This document shows, piece by piece, positions 17,336-27,082 of a stretch of 64,000 bases of DNA. The position numbers and the translations under genes are program-made. This DNA is from an uncultured Eggerthella sp. (lineage in GTDB: Bacteria > Actinomycetota > Coriobacteriia > Coriobacteriales > Eggerthellaceae). The stretch's first letter is position 1, and every line of letters begins with the position of its first letter. The DNA lies in NCBI GenBank assembly GCA_900553605.1, contig USDX01000009.1:245-64244 (forward strand), in the 5' to 3' direction. The notes under the pieces are model-generated. The model was not told the DNA's origin. It made no database searches and worked only from the letters and a program-made list of their open reading frames with translations.

Positions 17336-18676
17336 CTAGTTTTGCGTGGGGCCGAACGAAAGATCGTCGAGTTTCGCCGGTGCCTCTTCGTCGTAGCAGC
17401 GTACGTTGCCTGCTTCCACCAGAGCATCCACTTCGGCTTCGCTGTAGCCCAGGTCTTCCATAACCGCGCGTGTGTCGTAGCCGACCGGCTTCGCACGGCT
17501 GATAACCGGGTCGCCCTGGCTTTTCATGCGGATGGGAATCGTGGTAATGGAATGGTCGCCGATGCTGTCGTAGTGAATCGGACGGAGCATATCGTTGACG
17601 TAAGCTTCTTCGTCTTCAAGAACATCATCCATGGTGTTGCATACTGCGTAAGGAACGTCGTTGGTGTCGAAAACTTCCTTCCAGTATGCCCAGTCGTGCT
17701 TGGCGAAGGCTTCGGCCATCATGTTTACCACGGTTGCGTTGTCGCCGTTGGCGTTGATGGTTGCGCAATTCGTGAAGCGCGGGTCGTCGGCGTATTCTTC
17801 CAGGCCAATCAGGCGTGCAACAAACGGATACCAGGAATCATAGGTGCCGTAGCAGATAAGGAACCATACGCCATCGGCGGTCATGTACGAATTGTTGGTG
17901 GGGCAGGGCACGGCCTTGCGGCTCTTCGGGAAGGGCACGCCGAACGGGGCGGAAACAACAGGCACCTGCATACCCCACAGCGCCATGTGGTGAAGGTTTA
18001 CGGTAACGTGATCGCCCATGCCGGTGCGCTGAGCGCGCCAAACGGCGCTCATGATGCCCAAGCCAAGGGCGATGCAGGAATTGAAATCGCCGAATGCGGC
18101 GGGCATGTTGCCTGGCTGAAAGTGCTCGCCAGCCTGCGGGATGGACATAAGCAGGCCGCCACGGGCGGAATAGCAGGTGGCGTCAAAGCCCTTGGCGTCT
18201 TTCATTTCGCCGCGCTCTCCATAGCCGCGCATCTGGCCGTATACCAGACGCGGGTAACGGGCGTGCAATGTTTCGTAGTCGTAGCCCAAGCGCTTCAAGG
18301 AAGGATTGCGCAGGCTCGTAACGAACACGTCGGCCTGTTCTAGCAGCTTTTCTACCAGTTCGCGTCCTCCATCGGACTTCATGTCGATGGAAAGGAATTT
18401 CTTGTTGGCGTTGCTCATGTCGAACGCCGGGTTGTCGGGGCCCAGCTCCGGCATGCCGAAGCCAACGCCGTCGCCGCGGTGCAGGTTGCCCTTGATGGTT
18501 TCGATCTTGTACACCGTGGCGCCCATTTCGCCGAGCGCACGAGTGCAGGCAGGCATCGCGACGTAATCTCCCAGCTCGACTACTACGAGCCCTTCAAGGC
18601 CCTTCGGCAGTTCCTCGGGCGACAGGCCCTGGAATTCTTCAGCGGGGGGCATGACGATTCGGTGATCCAGACTCAC
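17336..18676 (-). CDS. Family III CoA-transferase (CaiB/BaiF/FldA type)
   Basis: GLEGLVVVELGDYVAMP, NANKK, RLGYDYE, GYGERG and AFGD motifs; GTG start after AGGAGG. Confidence 0.92.
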   Translation of the reverse strand: MSLDHRIVMPPAEEFQGLSPEELPKGLEGLVVVELGDYVAMPACTRALGEMGATVYKIETIKGNLHRGDGVGFGMPELGPDNPAFDMSNANKKFLSIDMKSDGGRELVEKLLEQADVFVTSLRNPSLKRLGYDYETLHARYPRLVYGQMRGYGERGEMKDAKGFDATCYSARGGLLMSIPQAGEHFQPGNMPAAFGDFNSCIALGLGIMSAVWRAQRTGMGDHVTVNLHHMALWGMQVPVVSAPFGVPFPKSRKAVPCPTNNSYMTADGVWFLICYGTYDSWYPFVARLIGLEEYADDPRFTNCATINANGDNATVVNMMAEAFAKHDWAYWKEVFDTNDVPYAVCNTMDDVLEDEEAYVNDMLRPIHYDSIGDHSITTIPIRMKSQGDPVISRAKPVGYDTRAVMEDLGYSEAEVDALVEAGNVRCYDEEAPAKLDDLSFGPTQN

Positions 18677-18863
18677 GATAACCTCCTTGGGTAGATGAAC
18701 ATGTTCGTCACTCTACCTCCGGGGATGCTGTATTGCAATGAGCCGCCTTAGGGCATGCGTCACAACCGCTTTAGTGATGTGAGCAAGTGTGGGCGATGAT
18801 CAGCATAAATGCAGACCGCGTAAGGCTGACCTGCATTTATAGTTTCTCGAGTGCGATTGATTT

Positions 18864-19625
18864 TTAATAAAGTGTTGGAGCAAGAAGCACTTTGCCAGTG
18901 CCGCGGTAGACGTTCACCAAACCTTCTCCGGAAGCGGCAGAGCCCACGAGCGATTTGCCTGAGCGCTCAACCGTGAAGTTGAGGGATCCGCTCCAAGCCA
19001 GCGCCATGTTGCCGTCGATCTTGAGTTCGTCGTTGTCCAGGGTGACTTCAATAAGCTCTTCTTCGGGGCAGGGGGATTCCAAGCATAGCGCGCCGTAGCC
19101 CTGGATGCCCAGGTTGAACAGCCCTTCGTTGCCAGCAACGGCTGAAGAAACGTTGCTGCGCATAACCGTTTTGTGCTGGAGGCTGGAATAGCACGCCAGG
19201 AACAGGCCGTCGTCGAGCACGATGGAATTGCCCCAATCGGCTACGTCGAGCGTGATGATGTAGCGGTAGGTGGGCTCGAGCACCAGAAGACCCGTGCCCT
19301 GGTATTCGGGCTTGATGGCCGATTCGCTGGTGACCGCACCGCGCAGTGCCTTGCCGAACAGGTCGCCCACACCCTTAACGCCGGTGGTACAGGTCACGTT
19401 GCCTACCATCCACTGCATGGCGCCGGCCTGAACGGTAACGGGTGCCTGGCTCAGATCGCAGATAACCTGGCGGCGACGCACGTTCATTTCGCTGGCGAAG
19501 TAAGCGTTCATAGCGGAAGCTTCGTTGACGGAAAGGTCGCGCTTCCATTCGATGGTTTTGAAGGCGCCGAACTCCTTGAGTACGGTTACGTCGTCGTTGT
19601 CGGTGAAATTGGAAATCTTGAACAT
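18864..19625 (-). CDS. AIM24 family protein
   Basis: QAGAMQWM, YQGTGLLVLEP, GNEGLF and SGEGLVNVYRGTG motifs. Confidence 0.85.
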   Translation of the reverse strand: MFKISNFTDNDDVTVLKEFGAFKTIEWKRDLSVNEASAMNAYFASEMNVRRRQVICDLSQAPVTVQAGAMQWMVGNVTCTTGVKGVGDLFGKALRGAVTSESAIKPEYQGTGLLVLEPTYRYIITLDVADWGNSIVLDDGLFLACYSSLQHKTVMRSNVSSAVAGNEGLFNLGIQGYGALCLESPCPEEELIEVTLDNDELKIDGNMALAWSGSLNFTVERSGKSLVGSAASGEGLVNVYRGTGKVLLAPTLY

Positions 19626-19793
19626 AACTCTCCTCCTGTTGACGTTGGTGTGGGTTAATCCTCTTGATTGCCAAATTTGCAGAAAAGCATAGCATGCGGT
19701 GGTTCTTGCGCGGGGTGGTACGTCAGGCGCCTGGGGTGGTCGGCGGGTCGCGGTGGCGGAGCTCGCAGAGCCGACTGCGTGAGCCCTGTGCCT

Positions 19794-20045
19794 CTAGGGC
19801 GTGTCAAACACCTGCGCTCCGGCAAAATCGTTGGATTTGGCGGCGTCCGCTTCTTTTTCGGCCATCAATTCCTCAAAGCCAGTCAACGCTGCGAAGGGCA
19901 TGAACTGGGTGGCGCGCTTGGGGCTGTTGGCGGCGAAGTGGACGCCGTTTTCCCTAACGCGCATTGCAATGTCGCGCAGTATGCAGCGGCGTCTTTCCGC
20001 CTCGTCAAAGGCAACGTCTTCCAGGAAATCGTCTTCGCTAAGCAC
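19794..20045 (-). CDS. Small YolD-like partner of the Y-family polymerase
   Basis: RATQFMPFAALTGF motif; overlaps the polymerase stop; GGAGG RBS. Confidence 0.7.
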   Translation of the reverse strand: MLSEDDFLEDVAFDEAERRRCILRDIAMRVRENGVHFAANSPKRATQFMPFAALTGFEELMAEKEADAAKSNDFAGAQVFDTP

Positions 20046-21324
20046 GGTGGCCTCCTATTTGGTTGTTGCGTTCGCGCATGGTTGCGCCCTGCTTCAAGCT
20101 GGTGCCGCGCAGCAATGCGTTCTTGCCAAAGCGGTCGCGCACGGCAACGGACGCTTTTGCCAAGTCGGCCTCTTTGCCGCTGTCCTCCGGCCCGAAAAGA
20201 CTGGGTTGGTCATACTCGGCGGGCTGGAGAGCGCCCAGTGCCACCGTTAGCCTGCGGATAGGTTCGCTGCTCAGCGTGTGCTCGTCGAACAGCTCCAGCG
20301 CAACCTTCACTATGCGATGCGGCGAATCGGTTCGTTCGGAAAGCTTGGTTGAACCGCCGCTTCCCATGCCCCATCTGCCGCTTTCGGTAAGGTGGGGCTG
20401 CGCGTAGCCAACGTGCACGGATACGTTCCCGCACGAAAGCCCCTTCGAGCACAAGTCCAAGCAGCTGGCGTCCGCCATTTCCCGCAGCACGGTGCGTGCT
20501 TCGCTGAAAGAATAGTCGCGCATCAGCACCTGCCCGTTCGATATCGAATGCGCTGCGGGGCGGTACTCTTTTATCTGTTTGATAGTGCAAGGCTCCTGCC
20601 CCCAGGCGTGGTCTAGCAGGTATTCGCCGTTTTTGCCGAATTCCTTTTTCAGCCATGCGGGGTTTGCCGCGCATACGCCCGCCATATCGTGGATGCCGTG
20701 TTTTGCCAGACGATGCGCGATGCCTGGGCCCACTTGCCAGATGTCGGTTATGGGCCGGTGGAACCAGATTTCGCGTTTGTAACTTTCTTCGTCCAGTATG
20801 CCTATGCCGTCGGCTGCCTTTTTTGCTTCGATGTCCAAAGCCACCTTCGCCAAAAACAGGTTGGGGCCGATACCTGCCGTGGCGGTGATGCCTGTTTCTT
20901 CAGTCACCTTGTTGCGCAGCATTTCGGCGAAGGCCTTTGCGCCCATGCGGTACAGCTTCAAATAGGGGGTTGCGTCGATGAAGCATTCGTCGATGCTGTA
21001 CACGTGGATGTCCTCGGTGCTTACGTAACGCAGGTATAAGGCGTTTATCTGCGCCGATACCTCCATGTAGCGGGCCATGCGCGGCGTTGCCATGGTGTAT
21101 TCGATCCCGTTGGGAATTTGGAAAATGCGGCAGCGGTTTTTTACGCCCAGCGCTTTCATGGCGGGGGTTATGGCAAGGCAGATGGTGCCGGACCCGCGGG
21201 TGGGGTCGGCAACCACGAGGTTCTCGGTGAAAGGGTCCAGGCCTCGATCGACACATTCGACGCTTGCGTAGAAGCTCTTCAAGTCGATGCACACATAGCT
21301 CTTTGTGCGCTTGTTGGCAAGCAT
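20038..21324 (-). CDS. Y-family error-prone DNA polymerase (ImpB/MucB/SamB type)
   Basis: CIDLKSFYASVEC, YSIDECF, GIGPNLFLAKVALD, and C-terminal IGGHRA. Confidence 0.92.
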   Translation of the reverse strand: MLANKRTKSYVCIDLKSFYASVECVDRGLDPFTENLVVADPTRGSGTICLAITPAMKALGVKNRCRIFQIPNGIEYTMATPRMARYMEVSAQINALYLRYVSTEDIHVYSIDECFIDATPYLKLYRMGAKAFAEMLRNKVTEETGITATAGIGPNLFLAKVALDIEAKKAADGIGILDEESYKREIWFHRPITDIWQVGPGIAHRLAKHGIHDMAGVCAANPAWLKKEFGKNGEYLLDHAWGQEPCTIKQIKEYRPAAHSISNGQVLMRDYSFSEARTVLREMADASCLDLCSKGLSCGNVSVHVGYAQPHLTESGRWGMGSGGSTKLSERTDSPHRIVKVALELFDEHTLSSEPIRRLTVALGALQPAEYDQPSLFGPEDSGKEADLAKASVAVRDRFGKNALLRGTSLKQGATMRERNNQIGGHRA

Positions 21325-21376
21325 GGACCATCCCTTCCATCACATCGAAAACAGAGTTTGTTCGCTGGCTTTTATA

Positions 21377-21390
21377 CGAACACCTGTTCT
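21377..21390. promoter_or_regulatory. LexA (SOS) box CGAAC-ACCT-GTTCT
   Basis: Matches the Gram-positive GAAC-N4-GTTC consensus, between the divergent polymerase and small gene. Confidence 0.8.
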
Positions 21391-21428
21391 AGTATACAGA
21401 CATGGACTACAGGGCGAAAGATGGCGAA

Positions 21429-21743
21429 ATGAGGCGCGTGCACCGCGAAACGGTGGACGTGTTAGCGCGGTTTGGGCGGGATGGCCGCCTTGAGCCTTGC
21501 GTTGTCGTGCTCAAAGATTGCCGCGCTTTCCGCATTGACGAGGTGCTGATGGCAAGCGGTTTCGGTCCGGTACGCCATGGCAAGCGCACGGCACGCTTCG
21601 ACATTCGCCTGGGTGGCAGGGAAACGCAGCTGTTCTTGGAGCATCAACTGGAAGACCCCGTCACAGGAGCGGCGGATAAATATGTATGGTGGGTGCGCGC
21701 TTTCGACGGAACGAAGAGAAGCCCCGCCGAAGGCTGCTGCTGA
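21429..21743 (+). CDS. Small hypothetical protein divergent from the Y-polymerase
   Basis: VDVLARFGRDGRLEP..FRIDEV..WWV resembles small proteins seen beside Y-family polymerases. Confidence 0.6.
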   Translation: MRRVHRETVDVLARFGRDGRLEPCVVVLKDCRAFRIDEVLMASGFGPVRHGKRTARFDIRLGGRETQLFLEHQLEDPVTGAADKYVWWVRAFDGTKRSPAEGCC

Positions 21744-22070
21744 TTCGCGCGTGGGGCGGCGAGCGTTTGTGACGCGGGCAGCCGCCGGGGTTGGCATCGA
21801 GTCTGGTGGCGCCACCGCCGTTGTGGATGCTGCGGCCAGATGGCGCCATGGGGCGCTGCGGTGCCGTTGGTCCCCGAGCTGCGCTTTGGCGCTGCGGGGC
21901 TCGGGCGGCGCAGGATTTCACGTCCGCCTGACGCCTCAGTGTCGCGGGGCGGTGGGGTGTGGGAGCGTTTGCGGTGTGGCTGCCGCTGGCACCGCGAATG
22001 CTGTGGGTGGTGCGCTGCCATGAGGGCGGCGGCGTGGTTGTGGGCGCTAGGGCGCTTCGTCGACGCCGGA

Positions 22071-22393
22071 TGGCAACATTCGCGCGCCGTGCATGATTCG
22101 AGGGGCCCGTGCAGCGAAAGCGGCCCCTTCATGGCAAGATCTTCGCGCGGTGTATTCCCAAACGGCTGTTTGCAGGGCTTTTCGGATGCATGGCGCGCAT
22201 ATCTTGCCAAAGCCAGCTCATTTCGGATGCATGGCGCGCGAATCTTGCCACGAACTGGCGATTTTCCCGTCCGAGACCGCTTTCGGGATGCATGGAGCGC
22301 AAAACTTGCCATGGATTGCCGCCCGAGAACGCATTTCGCGAGCATTTTGCCATCGTCGAACGCCTGGGAACGCATCAAGGCATAATCTTGCCA
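22071..22393. repeat. Array of seven 26-bp units (GGATGCATGGCGCGCGAATCTTGCCA-like): 2 reverse, then 5 forward
   Basis: Reverse units start at 22071 and 22132; forward units at 22184, 22225, 22286, 22327 and 22368. Confidence 0.85.
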
Positions 22394-22714
22394 CGACCGG
22401 ACGCCCGCGCCGAACGCTCCGCGCGCCCATGCGCTACGACACCATGCGCCACGATGCCATGCGCCGCAGCACCACAACGCCCCGCCCATGCCCTACGTGC
22501 CCGTCGCTCATGCCCCCGTGCCGCCCGCCACAGCGCCGCGATGCCATGCGCCGTACGCGGCGCTTTTGTCGCCGCTGAAAAAGTAAGTTGCGGGTTACGG
22601 GTGTCAATGAGGTGAAACGAACCGCCTGTTTCGGTTTAAGTGCTATCGTTCCACTAACGTATTAGCCCGATCGGCGTGCCTGGATCGACGGGCCCGGAAA
22701 CAAGGAGGAATCAT

Positions 22715-23170
22715 ATGCGCGTGGCAAAAGAAAAGCTCTTGCTGATTGCTGGATTCGTTTGGCTTGCTGCTGGGCTCAACATCGCTATCCTCGGCGTTTC
22801 CGCATTTACCGAAATGGGCGAGCACGCAATGTTGGTACTTGTGCCTGCTGCAATCGTTGCCTTCACGGTGTTCCATGCAGGAATGTTTTCCAAGCTGGTT
22901 GGCAAGCACGCCGATCGTATTGAAGCTATGGAAGAAGATCGTGTGCCGTTCTGGAGGTTCTTCGATACTAAGGGTTACCTCATTATGGCGTTCATGATGA
23001 CCATGGGCATTGGGTTGCGTTCTTCGGGCATTGCCCCCACGTGGTTCATCGCATTCTTCTATGCTGGTCTTGGCATCGCGTTGGCTCTTTCTGGCTGCTG
23101 CTTCTTGGTTCGCTACTTCCACGACGGCGGCATCGCCTGCCCCTTGGTGCCCCATACGGCTAACAAGTAG
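22715..23170 (+). CDS. Hypothetical integral membrane protein
   Basis: AAGGAGG RBS; four hydrophobic segments; 151 aa. Confidence 0.8.
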   Translation: MRVAKEKLLLIAGFVWLAAGLNIAILGVSAFTEMGEHAMLVLVPAAIVAFTVFHAGMFSKLVGKHADRIEAMEEDRVPFWRFFDTKGYLIMAFMMTMGIGLRSSGIAPTWFIAFFYAGLGIALALSGCCFLVRYFHDGGIACPLVPHTANK

Positions 23171-23275
23171 CAAAATCCCAGCGTTAGCTTCGCCGCCCCA
23201 ATCGGGCGCCTGCCTTAGCTGAATCCCAGCAAAATAGCTGCGCACCATGAGAGCCGTTCGAGGCGGTTGGGCGTT

Positions 23276-23515
23276 AAGCTTGGCGCGAATCATCCGAGAC
23301 ATTCGGGCTCCAGGCTTGGCGAACCTTTCGGGGCCGTAAGGCATCAGTCCGCGAATCATTCGAAGCGCTCGGGCTCCAAATCCGGCACAAACCGTTCAGC
23401 TCAGTCGGGCTTTAAGCTTGGCGTGAGTCCTTCGCCGCGATCAGGCTTCAATCCTGATGCGAATCGTCCAAGGCTGTCAGGCGTCAGCCCATCCGAATCA
23501 TTTAAAGCGGCCAGG
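23276..23515. repeat. Degenerate ~36-bp tandem repeat
   Basis: Recurring aagcttggcgcgaatc..tcgggctyc-like units. Confidence 0.5.
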
Positions 23516-23611
23516 CCTCGGGTCTGGCCGCTTTAGTGTTGTTGGCCCCTTGCATGGCTCCCTTGCTTTGCTAATGTAGCCATAAAGCAAGAATGTACTA
23601 GAATAACCCCC

Positions 23612-23758
23612 ATGGATAAAGACGAGCTGAAAGAGCGTATTCACGTCCCACTTTTGGGCTTTTCGGCGGTGCTGATGAGCATCGTCGCTTTTTTGCTGCT
23701 CTTATATGGCATTACCGTTGTTGTCCGTTTCCTTTTTGCACTGGGGTCGCTTGGGTAG
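23612..23758 (+). CDS. Candidate 48-aa single-pass membrane protein (probably leaderless)
   Basis: MDKDELKERIHVPLLGFSAVLMSIVAFLLLLYGITVVVRFLFALGSLG*; TAGAAT at 23599-23604 ends 7 nt before the ATG. Confidence 0.6.
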   Translation: MDKDELKERIHVPLLGFSAVLMSIVAFLLLLYGITVVVRFLFALGSLG

Positions 23759-23860
23759 CCATGGCGTATTCCAGCAGGCAAAACAACGTTTTCAAGTGCG
23801 GAGGGCGGCGCTCTGCCTGCCTTGCCGTATGGCGCATTTTCGGCAAGGTGGGGCAGTAAC

Positions 23861-25378
23861 ATGTGGCTTCGCTTTACCCTGTTTGATGTGCGTGTCGTAG
23901 CGCACTACCTTGGTGTGCTGGTTTCTTTCTTCACCATTGCATTGGCGGTGCCGTTGGTGGTCGCCATCGCAATGCAGGAATGGGAGCCGGCTTCGCGCTA
24001 TCTGCTGGCGGTGGGCATTTCGCTTATCGTTGGGTCAGGCCTGCGTCTTTTGTGCGTGCAGCCGGGCAAACTCACTCATCAGCAGGCGCTTGCGGTAACC
24101 GGGCTTTCGTGGATTGTCCTGGCGTTTGTGGCTTCGGTTCCCCTGGCGCTTTCAGGCCATTACGGTTCGTACCTCGACTCCCTCATGGAAGCGGTTTCCG
24201 GACTTACCACCACGGGCGTTACGCTCGTTATCGACCTGGAGCACCTTTCTACTGCCGACAACATGTGGCGCTTCGTAATGCACCTTATCGGTGGCTTGGG
24301 CCTTATTGTTGTGGCGCTTTCACTGGGTCTTTTGGGCAAAGCCACTTCGGGCCTGTATTCCTCAGAAGGCCGAAGCGAACACGTGCTGCCCAACATCGTG
24401 AACACGGTTCGCCTTATCAGCCGTATTTCCCTTACCGCTATTGCGGTTGCCGTGGTTATCCTGTTTGTGATGTGTGTTCTTTCCGGTATGGAGCCGGTGC
24501 GCGCCTTCTTCCACTCCTTGTGGATATCCATTTCCGGCTTCATTACCGGTGGCTTTGCTCCTACCAGCCAGTCCATCGGGTACTACCATTCGTTTGCGCT
24601 GGAAATCGTTTGTATGGTGCTTATGATTTTGGGTGCCATCAACTTCTCGCTGTACGTGAAAGCGCAGCGCGGCGAAACCGACTCCTTCTTCCGCGACTTG
24701 GAAATTCGTACAGGCTCCATCTGGCTTATCGTTGCCACCATTACGCTTATGGCTTCAACGTGCGCTTCGGGTGGCTTCTCCGATTTGATGGCGCTGCTGC
24801 GTCGCGGCGTATTCATGGTTGTGGCTGCCGCTACCACTACGGGCTTCCAGAATGTTACGAACAACCAGCTCACTACAGTGTTTTCTTCAGGCGCGTTCCT
24901 GATTATCGCCATGTGCATGGCAATCGGCGGTTCCAGCGGAAGCACCGCCGGCGGTATTAAGCTTTCGCGCATCGGCCTTATTGCCAAATCGATGGTTTCC
25001 ACCATCAAGGAAACTCTTTCGCCTAGCACGGCGCGCGTTTCCGTTCGCTACTATCACTTGGGGCGCAAGGTGCTTACCACCGACGCGGCAAAGTCTGCTA
25101 TGACCGTTTCTGCCCTGTTCGTGGTCACGTATCTTATTGGCTCGCTTGCGGGCATTGCCCATGGCTACGATGCCATTTCTTCCATCTTCGAGTCGGTTGC
25201 CATGGCTTCCAACGGCGGCTTGAGCTCGGGCATTGTTTCTCGAGGCATGCCGCCAACTTTGGAAGCGGTGTACATCCTTGAGATGTGGGCAGGCCGTCTG
25301 GAATTCATAACGTTGCTGGCCCTTGTCGTGAAAGTGGTTGTGTCGGTTGTGCCTCGCAGGAAGGCGGTGCGCTCGTGA
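23861..25378 (+). CDS. trkH: Trk-type potassium uptake membrane subunit
   Basis: EAVSGLTTTG, ITGGF, TTTGF, GGSSGSTAGGIK and MWAGRLE motifs. Confidence 0.9.
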   Translation: MWLRFTLFDVRVVAHYLGVLVSFFTIALAVPLVVAIAMQEWEPASRYLLAVGISLIVGSGLRLLCVQPGKLTHQQALAVTGLSWIVLAFVASVPLALSGHYGSYLDSLMEAVSGLTTTGVTLVIDLEHLSTADNMWRFVMHLIGGLGLIVVALSLGLLGKATSGLYSSEGRSEHVLPNIVNTVRLISRISLTAIAVAVVILFVMCVLSGMEPVRAFFHSLWISISGFITGGFAPTSQSIGYYHSFALEIVCMVLMILGAINFSLYVKAQRGETDSFFRDLEIRTGSIWLIVATITLMASTCASGGFSDLMALLRRGVFMVVAAATTTGFQNVTNNQLTTVFSSGAFLIIAMCMAIGGSSGSTAGGIKLSRIGLIAKSMVSTIKETLSPSTARVSVRYYHLGRKVLTTDAAKSAMTVSALFVVTYLIGSLAGIAHGYDAISSIFESVAMASNGGLSSGIVSRGMPPTLEAVYILEMWAGRLEFITLLALVVKVVVSVVPRRKAVRS

Positions 25379-25983
25379 CGAAGCTGCTTTCAAGGCGAAC
25401 CATTGTTGCGGCATGGTGCTCATGCGTGTTGGCGGTCGTGCTTCTGTGTGTCGGTGTTGCCTGGGCCGATGAGGGGCAGGAATCGTCCAAGCCCAACAAT
25501 CATGTATATGTGAACCAGCTTTCCGACAGCTCGTTTTTGTATCAAACAACCATTGCCGACTTGGCTCAGGCTGACTCGTACTATGAAGGCCAAACGGTAT
25601 TAGTGCAGGGCGAAGTGGTGGGCGACCGCATCAACGATGAAATGCAACCCGACAATTGCTGGGTTACCCTGCAAGACGACGATCCCACAAACCCTAGCGT
25701 GGTTTCGGTGTTCATGACCATGGAACAAGCGAAGAACATCGACACGTACGGCAGCTATGGCGTTACTGGCACCACGCTTCAGGTGCGTGGCACGTTCCAC
25801 TTGGACTGTAGGGAGCATCAGGGTATGTCCGACATTCACGTGGAAGAGGTTTCGGCGCTTGCCGCTGGCTCTGAAAACAAGCCGGGGATGGATCCGAAGC
25901 TTTTCGGTCTTGGTATCGTTTCGGTGCTGGCTGGCTTGGCGCTGTTGGCTCTGTACCAATCTAAACGAGAGGGGACGCTGTAA
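25375..25983 (+). CDS. Exported, membrane-anchored hypothetical protein (possible OB fold)
   Basis: GTGA overlap with trkH; signal peptide ending AWA; C-terminal TM. Confidence 0.7.
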   Translation: MTKLLSRRTIVAAWCSCVLAVVLLCVGVAWADEGQESSKPNNHVYVNQLSDSSFLYQTTIADLAQADSYYEGQTVLVQGEVVGDRINDEMQPDNCWVTLQDDDPTNPSVVSVFMTMEQAKNIDTYGSYGVTGTTLQVRGTFHLDCREHQGMSDIHVEEVSALAAGSENKPGMDPKLFGLGIVSVLAGLALLALYQSKREGTL

Positions 25984-26966
25984 TGGAAACTCCAGCCGTC
26001 GAAACCGGAGTGGTGGTGAAGCTCGATAGAGGCTTCCCCTTGGTTCGTTTGGGCGATGGCCGTGAGCTTCGTTGCGAGCATGCCACTTCCTTGGTGAAGG
26101 GCAGCGATCAGCGTGCGGTGGTGGGCGATGCAGTGCGCATTTCCCTTCCCGACGGGCATGACAAGGGCATCATCGAGGAGACGCTGCCCAGGCGCACGTC
26201 GTTTGTGCGCAAAGACCCTACCGAACGGGCCCTTCCGCAAACGTTGGCTGCCAACTTCGACCTGGTTATCATCGCCCAGCCCATTGAAGACATCAACACA
26301 CGCCGCCTGGAGCGCGAGCTTGTCTTGGCCCACGAAACGGGAGCGGAAGTGCTGGTGGCGCTTACCAAGGCCGACCTGATGGCCTCGCCCGCTGAAGTGG
26401 AAGAAGTGCGCTCGCATATCGATGGGTTCGTGGGCAATGACGAACTGCTGGCCATTTCCGACCGCGATGAGGCGTCGGTGCAGCGCCTTGCCCAGATAAT
26501 TGCCGAGGGCGACAAAACCGCAGTGCTTATCGGCAGGTCGGGTGTGGGCAAGTCGAGCCTGGTGAATATGCTCGTAGGCAGTGACATCCAGAAAACCACT
26601 GCTGTGCGCGGCGATGGCAAGGGCAGGCACACCACCGTTTCTCGCGAGATTATCTATCTGCCGACGGGTGGCCGCATTATCGACATGCCTGGCGTGCGCG
26701 GCTTGGGGCTTTGGGATGCCGACGAAGGCATTGGCGCTGCGTTTTCGGACATTGAAGAGATTGCCGCTTCATGCCGTTTTCGCGATTGCACCCACACCAA
26801 CGAGCCGGGATGCGCTGTCCGAGCCGCCGTTGAGTCGGGCGATTTAGCGGCAGAACGTCTAGAATCGTACGTACGCCTTCGCGAAGAAAGCGCTCAGGTG
26901 AAAACCCGCCGTGAAGAGGCGGAGCGCATTCGCAGCCGTCGAGGACATCCTCGCCGAAGGCGTTAA
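25983..26966 (+). CDS. rsgA: Ribosome small subunit-dependent GTPase A
   Basis: TKAD, GRSGVGKSS, GRHTT, DMPG and CRFRDCTH..EPGC motifs. Confidence 0.95.
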   Translation: METPAVETGVVVKLDRGFPLVRLGDGRELRCEHATSLVKGSDQRAVVGDAVRISLPDGHDKGIIEETLPRRTSFVRKDPTERALPQTLAANFDLVIIAQPIEDINTRRLERELVLAHETGAEVLVALTKADLMASPAEVEEVRSHIDGFVGNDELLAISDRDEASVQRLAQIIAEGDKTAVLIGRSGVGKSSLVNMLVGSDIQKTTAVRGDGKGRHTTVSREIIYLPTGGRIIDMPGVRGLGLWDADEGIGAAFSDIEEIAASCRFRDCTHTNEPGCAVRAAVESGDLAAERLESYVRLREESAQVKTRREEAERIRSRRGHPRRRR

Positions 26967-27082
26967 GAGCCGTGAAACCAAGCGCTCTTTCCGATGCGCT
27001 ACAATATTATGTGCAACATCCCATCATGGGATGTTGTTTTTCTAAGGGGCCTGCATAGGGCGGGCCGCAAAGAGGGGGACCC

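Noticed and set aside
22071..22393. CRISPR array interpretation of the 26-bp repeats
   Set aside because: Units are degenerate and in both orientations, spacers alternate between ~15 and ~35 bp, and no cas genes are in the window.
21744..22620. Multiple overlapping 70-280 aa ORFs
   Set aside because: Stop-poor GC-rich repeat DNA; low-complexity translations without RBS.
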